From contig OY969767.1 of NCBI GenBank assembly GCA_963702895.1, positions 1,472,001-1,536,000 on the forward strand: DNA of 64,000 nt. The letters are read 5' to 3'. The position numbers were made by a program, and so were the translations under genes. Below are positions 47,506-56,542 of the stretch, in pieces; the stretch's first letter is position 1, and the number at the start of each line of letters is the position of its first letter. This DNA comes from an uncultured Elusimicrobia bacterium (GTDB taxonomy: Bacteria > Elusimicrobiota > Elusimicrobia > 2-01-FULL-59-12). The notes beneath the pieces were generated by a model. The model saw only the letters and a program-made list of their open reading frames with translations, had not been told where the DNA came from and did not search any database.

Positions 47506-49875
47506 GTTCCCGCTCTGGGCCACATACGCCTGGAGACGCTTCATCGTATCGTCCAGGCGCTGGCGATCGGACAAATAGGTGAACCCTCCCATGCTGCGCT
47601 GCAGGTTCATGAGGTCGGTCATGGCGACAAAGACGGCGCTTGCGGCGGATTGGTCCGCGATCAGGCTGGCGTTTTGGGCATCCAGCAGATCGACGACGGA
47701 ACGGGTTCCCCGCGCATAATTTTTGCTCACGAGCTGATAGGTCCTTCGCGCCGCGTCCGCAGCTTCTTTGGAAAGGCGTATCGAGGGAATACTGGCCTGC
47801 AAGGCGTGGAGATGATCACGAATGGATTGTTCGACGCCTTGTCGCAGGGAGTCTCGTTGGGTTTGGAGTTGCTCGAGAACCGCGCGTGATTTGGAAATGC
47901 TCGCCAAACGCCCGCCGCCTTCAAGGATAGGAAGCGAGAGGTTCAAGCCAAGCGCCCAATAGTTTTTGTCCTCCAATTGGAGGGAACTTCCCACCGAGCC
48001 GCCCGGTACCCGGACTTCATTGAGCACGCGAAAGCCTTCGCCCGTCAATGATAAATCGGGCGCAAAGAATTGAATCTGATCGGACTTGAGTTGTCGTTCC
48101 GCGGCTTTCACGCGAGCTTCGAGCTCCGCGAGATCCGGCGAGAGGGCCATCCCTTCCTTCACAAAAAACTCGGTCATCCGGCTAAAAGCGCGATCATTAT
48201 CAACTGTTTTGGAGAATTCCGGCCGGCTGATCAAAAGTTGCGGGTCGTTCAGGGCAGCGGGCTGTAAGGGGTAGCGGTCTTTCAAGGACCGGCGCAGCAG
48301 ACGGTTCAAGCGGTCACGCGACTGCTCGAGCGTCGCTTTGGCGGAAAGCACCTTCTGCCGAGCGGTCGCGATTTCGCTTTCCCAACGGGAGACGTCCGAC
48401 GCGTCCGCTTTGCCAGCCGCGACACGCGATTTAGCGAGCTGCCAGTTGGATTGCGCGAGGTTCAGACCATTCTTTTGGACTTGAAGATCTGAGTTGGCCG
48501 TCAGAACAGCCAGAAAGGAATTGACCGCTTGTTGAACGATGTCAAGCTCCAAGGTGCGCTGTTGTGCTTCAAGGGCGATTTGCAGTTTTTTCTGGATGGA
48601 CAAATTGGCCAAGGCACTCTCGGAAAAGAGGATTTGATTGAGCGTCAGAGAAGCGGCGAACTGCTCTTTCGGCATGAGGCCGCTCGTGATGGTCGGGTAA
48701 TCATCGCGTCGCAGCGCGTAATCGAGATCACCGACAAGCTGTGGAAAAAGCACTGAGCGAACGCGCTTCACTTCTCCCTCGCCGGCCTTCACGCCCAACT
48801 GGCCGGCGATGATGTCAAGATTGGCGCGCACCGCTTCCTGGGCGGCCTCTGAAATCCGAAGAGGGGCACCCGCGGCTCCTGGCTCTTCGTTTAAAAGGAC
48901 CGCGGTCTGGATCGTTTCCCATCGCGGCGAAAATCCGATCGCACGCGCGGTTGCCATGTTCATGGTCACCTGAGATTTACGCTCAAACAAGACAGGCTGA
49001 TCTCCGGCCTTCTGGCCGCGCAGCACGGCATGCATGTTGAGGCTCGTCTGCCTGGTCCGATGGCCGAGGTCGATGCTGGAGACGTTCGACAGGAGGAATC
49101 CTTCGGCGACTTCGGCGTCGCCAGACAGGCTGAAAGATGGCAGTTTTCGCTTGAGGAGACTCTGAATAAGCGCTTGTCGGTCTTCCCCATGGAGGCGAGG
49201 AAGGGGTGTGAGAGCAACGACTTGAGCGTCCGCAGGAATCCTGGACGCAAAGTCACGGTCCCCAACATGCCGGATGATTCGAAGCTCGATGCCGGAACGC
49301 CGCGCTTCCTCTATTAGGCCTGCGCAAAAATCAAGGGTTGACTGATAAAGGGCTTCGTCCATCAGCACGGCTAAGCGTTGGAAGGGCACGACCCCCTGAA
49401 AGTACTTGATCTGATCGATAAAGCGCTCTTGGGTCGTGAGGTAGTTGAGATTGGCAATGCCCGAGCCGAGTCCCTTGCGCGGGAGAACGGCGCTCAAGGC
49501 GTTGGCGACAAAAGGCGCAAAGGTCGGCTTGCGGAAGTTTCGGCGTTTGGCGCTCTGCTGACTCGCGGCAAGCCCGAGCACCAGGACGACGTCCGTACTG
49601 GGGTCAGCGTCCGCCTGGTCAAGCGCGGAAGTGATCTTGGCGGCCGACCATTGACCATTCCACTGCTTGGTCGCGGGCGCATCGATCACAAACTCCTGTT
49701 CGGTGAGGGCCTTGAGCTCATCGAGGAACGCCTTCCGTATGGCTTCGGACTGGGCCGAAGGCCCGTCCGTGACAATGCCGATGGTGACTTTCTTGGCCGC
49801 AAAGCCAATTTGGACCAACGACAGACACGCCAAAAAAATGCCGACAAAACTCCGCTGTCTAATAAGTGAATTCAT
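47503..49875 (-). CDS. TolC-family outer-membrane protein with an N-terminal substrate-binding-like domain
   Basis: C-terminal OEP repeats (LFPQL, YARGTRSVVDLLDAQ); ~330-aa N-terminal extension. Confidence 0.85.
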   Translation of the reverse strand: MNSLIRQRSFVGIFLACLSLVQIGFAAKKVTIGIVTDGPSAQSEAIRKAFLDELKALTEQEFVIDAPATKQWNGQWSAAKITSALDQADADPSTDVVLVLGLAASQQSAKRRNFRKPTFAPFVANALSAVLPRKGLGSGIANLNYLTTQERFIDQIKYFQGVVPFQRLAVLMDEALYQSTLDFCAGLIEEARRSGIELRIIRHVGDRDFASRIPADAQVVALTPLPRLHGEDRQALIQSLLKRKLPSFSLSGDAEVAEGFLLSNVSSIDLGHRTRQTSLNMHAVLRGQKAGDQPVLFERKSQVTMNMATARAIGFSPRWETIQTAVLLNEEPGAAGAPLRISEAAQEAVRANLDIIAGQLGVKAGEGEVKRVRSVLFPQLVGDLDYALRRDDYPTITSGLMPKEQFAASLTLNQILFSESALANLSIQKKLQIALEAQQRTLELDIVQQAVNSFLAVLTANSDLQVQKNGLNLAQSNWQLAKSRVAAGKADASDVSRWESEIATARQKVLSAKATLEQSRDRLNRLLRRSLKDRYPLQPAALNDPQLLISRPEFSKTVDNDRAFSRMTEFFVKEGMALSPDLAELEARVKAAERQLKSDQIQFFAPDLSLTGEGFRVLNEVRVPGGSVGSSLQLEDKNYWALGLNLSLPILEGGGRLASISKSRAVLEQLQTQRDSLRQGVEQSIRDHLHALQASIPSIRLSKEAADAARRTYQLVSKNYARGTRSVVDLLDAQNASLIADQSAASAVFVAMTDLMNLQRSMGGFTYLSDRQRLDDTMKRLQAYVAQSGN

Positions 49876-50055
49876 CGTTTGGTATAGGAGAAGTTTGAAT
49901 ATATCAACAGCTTCCCCGCTATTGCAAGCCGCGGACCAAGTCTTCGATCAAACCCAACTTTTTTGACTCTCTCGTTTGGACCATGGCCAGCGCTGAACTG
50001 GTACAATTGCGGTTCGAACGAAAGGTTCGGACGATGCCCGAGTGGCCTCATGGGC

Positions 50056-50258
50056 TAGCCGGGAATCTTCTGTTGGAGCGGTGCTGTCGTCTAAGGTCAC
50101 TGGACTTTTTTGTGTCGTCATCCCGGCGGACGCCGGGATCCATCATTTCCGTCGAAACATGATAGACCCCGGGTCTCCACAAGGCCGGCGACCCGGCCCG
50201 CCGGTTGTGTGGAGGGCCGGCTTTCGCCGGGGTGACGGCAACTGCAGTTTACCGGCTA
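50056..50258. repeat. MITE-like shell with inner REP doublet (50117-50236)
   Basis: (GC)TAGCCGG ... CCGGCTA(GC) TIRs. Confidence 0.88.
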
Positions 50259-50284
50259 GCGGGTTTTTTTACTGAGAGGACAAG

Positions 50285-51094
50285 ATGCCCAGGGAACTTG
50301 ATCAGAACGGCAAATCCCGTTTAAAGAGAAAAAAATACGAAAAAGAGCTAGAGCGCTTGCAGGAGAAGCTCTGTCATCTCCAGGCCTGGGTGAAGCACAA
50401 GGGGCTGCGCGCCATTATCATTTTTGAAGGACGTGACGCCGCGGGCAAAGGGGGCACGATCAAGGCCCTCACCGAGCGAGTCAGTCCCCGTGTCTTCAAA
50501 GTGGTGGCGCTGCCGTCCCCCTCCGACCGTGAGAAATCCCAGATGTACTTGCAACGCTACATCACCCATTTTCCAGCGGCAGGCGAAATCGTGATATTCG
50601 ACCGCAGTTGGTATAACCGCGCTGGGGTCGAACATGTTATGGGTTTCTGTTCAAAAGAAGAGTATCACCGATTCCTTGAAGTCTGTCCCTTGTTCGAGAA
50701 ACAAGTGGTGGAAGGCGGAATCATCCTCATCAAATTCTGGTTGGAAGTGGGCAAAAAGGAGCAAGAGCGGCGGTTTGAGGCCCGCATCGAAGACCCCGTG
50801 CGTCAATGGAAGCTGAGCCCCATGGACATCGAATCGTATTCCCGCTGGTACGACTACTCTCGCGCCCGCGATAAGATGTTCGAGGCCACCGACACGCGTC
50901 ACGCTCCCTGGTTGATCATCCGTTCCGACGACAAACGGCGGGCCAGGCTCAATTGCCTGTCCCACATCCTAAAATTAATCCCGTATAAGAAATTGAAACA
51001 GGACAAAGTGAAGCTACCGAAACGGTCGAAAAAGCATGCCTACGATGACCAGGCCACATTGAAGGGCAGGCATTTTGTCCCTGAAGTCTATTAG
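50285..51094 (+). CDS. ppk2: Polyphosphate kinase 2
   Basis: FEGRDAAGKGG, FDRSWYNR, WKLSPMD. Confidence 0.96.
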   Translation: MPRELDQNGKSRLKRKKYEKELERLQEKLCHLQAWVKHKGLRAIIIFEGRDAAGKGGTIKALTERVSPRVFKVVALPSPSDREKSQMYLQRYITHFPAAGEIVIFDRSWYNRAGVEHVMGFCSKEEYHRFLEVCPLFEKQVVEGGIILIKFWLEVGKKEQERRFEARIEDPVRQWKLSPMDIESYSRWYDYSRARDKMFEATDTRHAPWLIIRSDDKRRARLNCLSHILKLIPYKKLKQDKVKLPKRSKKHAYDDQATLKGRHFVPEVY

Positions 51095-51257
51095 CCGGGA
51101 AACTGCAATTGCCGTCACCCCGGCGGACGTCAGCCGGGGTCTATCATCGTCGTAAACGGAATGATGGATCCCCCACTTACGGCCGTGGGGGATGACGGAA
51201 CTAAAAAGCGTGCCGGGATCAGACGGAGAGAATTAGCCAACCGCAGTTTTCGGATTA
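51092..51257. repeat. MITE-like shell with inner REP doublet (51114-51196), starting at the ppk2 stop codon
   Basis: TAGCCGGGAAACTGC ... GCAGTTTTCGGATTA. Confidence 0.88.
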
Positions 51258-51343
51258 GAGGAGAGGCGTTACGCTCGCGCGGCCGGCCGTTCGGAATTGG
51301 AATTCTCCCGTGGGGATAATCTTAAAAAGGTGAATGTCAACCT

Positions 51344-52708
51344 ATGACCGCTGACGCTGAAGGAATTGTCATGACGTTGCCGACTTTAGAGGAGTTGAGG
51401 ATCCCGACGCTGGGCCCTGCGAGTCTCGCGTCGCCACTGTCTGCCAAAGGCGTCACATTTGTCGATGAGAGAGACCGGGTGCTCCTGGCTTCAACGACAA
51501 GCCAATTTCCCCCCGCCGGCATCTCCTGCGACAAGGTCCCCACCTTTGAGCCTGCGGGTCCCCGCTCTAAGATTTATTTCGATCCAGAAAAAACAACCTG
51601 TGGGATTGTCACTTGCGGGGGTCTTTGTCCGGGGCTTAACGACGTCATTCGGGCCGTGGTCTTGACGCTCGATCATCATTACGGCGTCAATCGCGTCTTG
51701 GGATTCCGTTACGGGTATGCCGGCCTGAGCGCGTCCTCCACGGCGAATCCCCTTGAACTCTCTTTGTCCCTCGTGGATCGCATCCACGAACACGGCGGCA
51801 CCATCCTGGGAACCTCCCGAGGCCCGCAGGACCCTGATGAGATGCTCGACACCTTGGTCCGCCAGAAAGTGTCGATTCTCTTTGCGGTCGGGGGCGATGG
51901 GACTCTGCGAGGAGCTTCCCTTCTGGCCCAGACCGCGCTCAAGCGCAAGCTGCCGATCGCCGTGATCGGCATTCCTAAGACGATCGACAACGACGTCGAA
52001 TGGGTCGTGCGCAGCTTCGGGTTTACAACCGCCGTCGATAAAGCTTTCGAGTTTCTGAACAGCGCCCATTTGGAAGCCACAGGCGTTTGGAACGGTGTGG
52101 GCCTGGTGAAGCTCATGGGCCGCGATTCGGGCTTTATCGCCGCCCACGCGACACTGGCCAACTCCGATGTGAATTTTTGTCTGGTACCCGAAGTGCCTTT
52201 TTGCCTGGAGGGCGATCAAGGTTTCTTGCGCGTTTTAGAAAACCGTTTGGACAAGCGCCATCATGCGCTGGTGGCGATCGCCGAAGGCGCAGGCCAGCAT
52301 CTTCTTACGGATCCTCGAACGGCCGCCCGGGATGAATCAGGCAACCTGCGCTACCCCGATATCGGCACCTATCTCCGTGACCGGATTCGCCAGTACTTCA
52401 AGGCGAAGCAAAAGCCTGTCGATGTGAAATATATTGATCCCAGCTACTCGATCCGTGGCGTCCCAGCCAATGCCTTCGATTCGGAGCTCTGCCTCGCTTT
52501 GGGTCAACATGCTGTTCACGCCGGCATGTCTGGACGCACGAACATGATGGTGGGTTTCTGGAATCAATGTTTCGCACACGTTCCCATTGCCCTCGCGACC
52601 CAGCGCCGCAAACATATCGATCCTCGGGGGACCTTGTGGCAGCGCGTGATGGAAACCACCGGGCAACCGCATTTTGACGCAGCGCCCCCTCCAACAGCCC
52701 ATGGGTAA
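51344..52708 (+). CDS. pfkA: 6-phosphofructokinase, probably ATP-dependent (clade X type)
   Basis: TCGGLCPG, GGDG, PKTIDND, MGRDSG, YIDPSY. Confidence 0.93.
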   Translation: MTADAEGIVMTLPTLEELRIPTLGPASLASPLSAKGVTFVDERDRVLLASTTSQFPPAGISCDKVPTFEPAGPRSKIYFDPEKTTCGIVTCGGLCPGLNDVIRAVVLTLDHHYGVNRVLGFRYGYAGLSASSTANPLELSLSLVDRIHEHGGTILGTSRGPQDPDEMLDTLVRQKVSILFAVGGDGTLRGASLLAQTALKRKLPIAVIGIPKTIDNDVEWVVRSFGFTTAVDKAFEFLNSAHLEATGVWNGVGLVKLMGRDSGFIAAHATLANSDVNFCLVPEVPFCLEGDQGFLRVLENRLDKRHHALVAIAEGAGQHLLTDPRTAARDESGNLRYPDIGTYLRDRIRQYFKAKQKPVDVKYIDPSYSIRGVPANAFDSELCLALGQHAVHAGMSGRTNMMVGFWNQCFAHVPIALATQRRKHIDPRGTLWQRVMETTGQPHFDAAPPPTAHG

Positions 52709-53765
52709 ACTCACCGTCGTGGTCTACGATACCAAGCCCTATGACCGCGAGGCGCTTCTGGCGGCTGCGGGCCAACGCGCCATCGACTGGCAATTCCTGG
52801 ACTTTCGGCTCACGGCGGCGACCGCTTCGGCCGCCGAAGGAGCTGCCGCCGTGTGCGTTTTCGTCAACGATCAAGTTGACGGACCGTGCCTGGAGGCGCT
52901 GCGCCGCGCGGGGGTCCGTCACATTCTTTTGCGTTGTACGGGATACAACAACGTTGACCTGGCCGCCAGCGCCCGGCTCGGAATCAAGGTGACCCGGGTC
53001 GCTGTCTATTCGCCGTACGCGGTGGCGGAACATGCGGTCGCGCTCCTCCTGACGCTCAATCGCAAAATCCACCGCGCTTACAACCGGGTGCGCGAGCAGA
53101 ATTTTTCGCTCACGGGCCTGGTGGGCTTTGATCTCCATGGAAAAACGGCGGGCCTGGTCGGGACAGGCCGCATTGGACGGATCACGGGCGAGATTCTGCG
53201 CGGCTTCGGCATGGAGGTCCTCGCTTACGACCCCTTCCCATCCGCAGACTGGGCCCAGGCATGCGGTGCGCGCTACGTGGATCTGAAGACTCTTGCGTCT
53301 CAAAGCGATGTCGTTTCACTCCATGTCCCGCTCACGAAGGAAACCTATCATATGGTCCGGCGCGAGACGCTCTCGGTGATGAAACATGGGTCGATTTTGA
53401 TCAATGTCAGCCGCGGGAAGCTCATTGACACGACCGCCCTGATCGAGGCGCTCAAATCCGGACAGCTCGGCGGCGTAGGCTTAGACGTTTACGAGGAAGA
53501 AGAGGGTATCTTTTTTGAGGATCTCTCCGGCCAGGTCCTTCAGGATGATGAGCTGGCGCGCCTGCTTACGTTTCCCAATGTCGTCATCACGGCGCATCAA
53601 GCGTTTCTGACCAGCGAGGCGCTTTCGGACATCGCGCGCGTCACGGTCGCCAATATCGAGGCGCTTGCCTCAGGAAAACCCTTTGCTGAAGGAACGGTCG
53701 TCGAGCCACGACCTGGGGACGTTCCTCACGATCTCACGGTTTCAACGAATAGGCCAAAACCGTGA
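52701..53765 (+). CDS. ldhA: D-lactate dehydrogenase-like 2-hydroxyacid dehydrogenase
   Basis: YSPYAVAEH, GTGRIG, DVYEEEE, TAHQAFLT. Confidence 0.88.
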   Translation: MGKLTVVVYDTKPYDREALLAAAGQRAIDWQFLDFRLTAATASAAEGAAAVCVFVNDQVDGPCLEALRRAGVRHILLRCTGYNNVDLAASARLGIKVTRVAVYSPYAVAEHAVALLLTLNRKIHRAYNRVREQNFSLTGLVGFDLHGKTAGLVGTGRIGRITGEILRGFGMEVLAYDPFPSADWAQACGARYVDLKTLASQSDVVSLHVPLTKETYHMVRRETLSVMKHGSILINVSRGKLIDTTALIEALKSGQLGGVGLDVYEEEEGIFFEDLSGQVLQDDELARLLTFPNVVITAHQAFLTSEALSDIARVTVANIEALASGKPFAEGTVVEPRPGDVPHDLTVSTNRPKP

Positions 53766-53785
53766 GATCGTGAGGAACGTCCCCA
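53714..53785. repeat. Perfect 29-bp inverted repeat spanning the ldh stop codon
   Basis: TGGGGACGTTCCTCACGATCTCACGGTTT-N14-AAACCGTGAGATCGTGAGGAACGTCCCCA. Confidence 0.92.
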
Positions 53786-53811
53786 AGCCGTAAGACTGAA
53801 AGGAATCTGCC

Positions 53812-56286
53812 ATGAAGAAGACCCCACCCGACGCTGTTTTGCAGCGTCTGTCCCAAGGTCCCATCCACTTTTCCGGAAGTGACGCGGCACTCTATGAACG
53901 TCATCTGACGTTTGATAATGTCGTGGCACTGGACCAGGCGTCACCGCGCGATCAGTTTGAAGCCGCGGCGCGCTCCGTGCGCGATCTTCTCTCCCAGAGG
54001 TGGATTTCGACAGAAGCCGCCTACCTGAAAAAGAACGCCAAGAGGGTGTACTACCTTTCGATGGAGTTTCTGATTGGGAGGACCCTTGCCAACAACATCA
54101 CCAACCTGCTTCTTGAGCCCACCTTCGCTGAACTCGCCAAAGCCAAGGGTCTTGATCCCCTCCAAATCATGGAAGAGGAACCTGACGCCGGTCTCGGCAA
54201 CGGCGGCTTGGGGAGACTCGCGGCCTGCTTTCTTGATTCCATGGCGACCCTGGGAATCCCCGGCATGGGCTACGGGTTGCGATACGAATACGGCATCTTT
54301 AAGCAAGCCATCAAGAACGGTTGGCAGGAAGAGCATCCGGATCACTGGCTGCGCCGGCCGGACCCCTGGGAAGTGGCGCGGCCCCAGGAAGCCGTCGAAG
54401 TCCGGTTCAACGCGTCCAGCGAAATCCGAAACGGAGAGCTGGTGGTTGTTCCCGGACGCCCCTCGGTCCTCATCGGCATCCCCTATGACCGTCCGACCGT
54501 CGGCTACGGAGCAGGCAACATCAACACATTACGGCTTTGGTCAGCCAACACCCCGGACTTCTTTGATTTCGCCCAGTTCGGCAGCGGGGACTTCATCGGA
54601 GCGCTCGCCGAAAGTTTGGCGGCGGAAACGCTCACCCGCGTGCTCTATCCCGATGACTCCACCCAAAAGGGCCAAGCGCTGCGTTTTCTTCAGGAGTATT
54701 TCCTGGTGGCTTGTTCCTTAGCGGACCTCGTCCGGCGCTTCCGACGGGCCGGCAACGACTGGAAGTCCTTGCCCGAGAAAGCGGCCATCCAGTTGAACGA
54801 CACGCATCCCGCCATGGCGGTGCCGGAACTCATGCGGATTCTCTTGGATGAAGCGAAGTTGGACTGGAACACCGCTTGGGATCTCACCCAACGCACGCTC
54901 GCCTATACCAATCACACGCTCCTACCGGAAGCGCTCGAAAAATGGCCGGTGGCCTGGTTTGAAAGGATGATCCCGCGAATTCTTGAAATCACCTTTGAGA
55001 TCAACAGCCGGTTCCTGAAGGACGTTCGGTCCCGTTATCCCAAGGATGACGCTCGCGCCAGGCGCATGAGCCTCGTGGAAGAGGGAGGCGGTCGAAAAAT
55101 TCGGATGGCCCACGTGGCCATTGTCGGTTCGCATAGCACCAACGGCGTCGCGGCTCTTCACTCCAAGCTCTTGGCGAAGCATGTGGTCCCCGACTTCGCC
55201 GAGCTCTATCCCGAGCGGTTTAACAACAAAACCAATGGCGTCACCCAGCGACGCTTTCTCCTGATGGCCAATCCTCCCCTGGCCCAGCTCATAACTAAGA
55301 CCATCGGCGACGGCTGGATCACGGATCTCGAACAATTGGCGAAGCTGAAGCCTCTGGCGGGCGACGCCGCTTTCCGGAAAGCCTTCCTCCAAGCGAAGAG
55401 CCAGGCCAAAGAAAGTTTTGCCTCTTGGTTGAAAGAAACCTCAGGCATCGTGGTGGATCCCGCGAGCATCTTCGACAGTCAGATCAAACGACTCCATGAA
55501 TACAAGCGCCAACTGCTCAACGCGCTGCATATCGCACTTCTCTACCAGCGTTTACGAGATAAGAAGGTGAAACAGGCGGTCCCTCGCACCTTCTTTTTCG
55601 CAGGCAAAGCGGCCCCCGCCTATCAGTTCGCGAAACTGGTCATCAAATTCATCAACAACCTGGCCTCCACCATCGACGCAGACGCGTCGGCTCGCGGGAA
55701 GCTTAAGGTGGTATTCGTGCCGGACTACCGGGTCTCGGTCGCCGAACGCCTCATCCCGGCGAGCGACGTCTCGGAACAGATCTCGACCGCCGGCTACGAA
55801 GCAAGCGGTACGAGCAACATGAAGTTCATGATGAACGGGGCGCTCACGATTGGCACGCGTGACGGCGCCACCATTGAGATGGCGGAAGCCGCAGGCGAAG
55901 AAAACTTCTTCCTCTTTGGGCTCACCTCCGAAGAGGTCAGCGCCTCGCGCGCCAAGTACAACCCGCGCTCGCACTATGATCAAGAACCTGATGTCCGTGC
56001 GGTGCTCGATCTTATCCGGTCCGATCATTTCAGCCGCTCGGAACCGGGCGTGTTCGCGCCGCTTCTGGACACCCTGCTTCAGCACGGCGATTTCTACATG
56101 CATCTGGCGGATTTCACCTCCTACGCGAAGGCCCAGGAGCAGGTCGCGGCGCTCTACCAAAAACCTGACGAATGGGCCCGCCGGGCGATTCTCAACATCG
56201 CGGCTTCCGGTCGTTTCTCGAGCGACCGCACCATCCGGGACTATGCCGCCGGCATTTGGACCGTCAAACCCTGCCACGTCGATTAA
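53812..56286 (+). CDS. glgP: Glycogen/starch phosphorylase
   Basis: GLGNGGLGRLAAC, QLNDTHP, KRLHEYKRQ, EASGTSNMK. Confidence 0.97.
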   Translation: MKKTPPDAVLQRLSQGPIHFSGSDAALYERHLTFDNVVALDQASPRDQFEAAARSVRDLLSQRWISTEAAYLKKNAKRVYYLSMEFLIGRTLANNITNLLLEPTFAELAKAKGLDPLQIMEEEPDAGLGNGGLGRLAACFLDSMATLGIPGMGYGLRYEYGIFKQAIKNGWQEEHPDHWLRRPDPWEVARPQEAVEVRFNASSEIRNGELVVVPGRPSVLIGIPYDRPTVGYGAGNINTLRLWSANTPDFFDFAQFGSGDFIGALAESLAAETLTRVLYPDDSTQKGQALRFLQEYFLVACSLADLVRRFRRAGNDWKSLPEKAAIQLNDTHPAMAVPELMRILLDEAKLDWNTAWDLTQRTLAYTNHTLLPEALEKWPVAWFERMIPRILEITFEINSRFLKDVRSRYPKDDARARRMSLVEEGGGRKIRMAHVAIVGSHSTNGVAALHSKLLAKHVVPDFAELYPERFNNKTNGVTQRRFLLMANPPLAQLITKTIGDGWITDLEQLAKLKPLAGDAAFRKAFLQAKSQAKESFASWLKETSGIVVDPASIFDSQIKRLHEYKRQLLNALHIALLYQRLRDKKVKQAVPRTFFFAGKAAPAYQFAKLVIKFINNLASTIDADASARGKLKVVFVPDYRVSVAERLIPASDVSEQISTAGYEASGTSNMKFMMNGALTIGTRDGATIEMAEAAGEENFFLFGLTSEEVSASRAKYNPRSHYDQEPDVRAVLDLIRSDHFSRSEPGVFAPLLDTLLQHGDFYMHLADFTSYAKAQEQVAALYQKPDEWARRAILNIAASGRFSSDRTIRDYAAGIWTVKPCHVD

Positions 56287-56493
56287 CCGGAAAAGCTCGC
56301 TTGACCGTGGTTGATCGACTGTGACGTGGGACTTTTTAGTGCCGTCATCCCGGCATGGTTCTAGCCGGGATCCATCATGTCTTTTGCGTCGACGATGGAC
56401 CCCGTCCTCCAGACGTCAGGCGGACGGCCCGCCTTGACGTGTGGCGGGCCGGATTACGGATCTCCGGGGTGACGAACCGAAGAATTTGGGTTA
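56284..56493. repeat. MITE-like shell with inner REP doublet (56344-56473), starting at the glgP stop codon
   Basis: TAACCGGAAAAG...ACTTTTTAGTGCCGTCATCCCGGC...GGGGTGAC...GGGTTA. Confidence 0.85.
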
Positions 56494-56542
56494 AGCCCAT
56501 GACTACCCATACGTCACGGTTGACAGAGGAGAAGACAACACC

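Noticed and set aside
22888..56493. Recurrent palindromes read as a CRISPR array or integron attC sites
   Set aside because: The copies are dispersed with no regular repeat-spacer period, there are no cas or intI genes, and several lie inside core genes.
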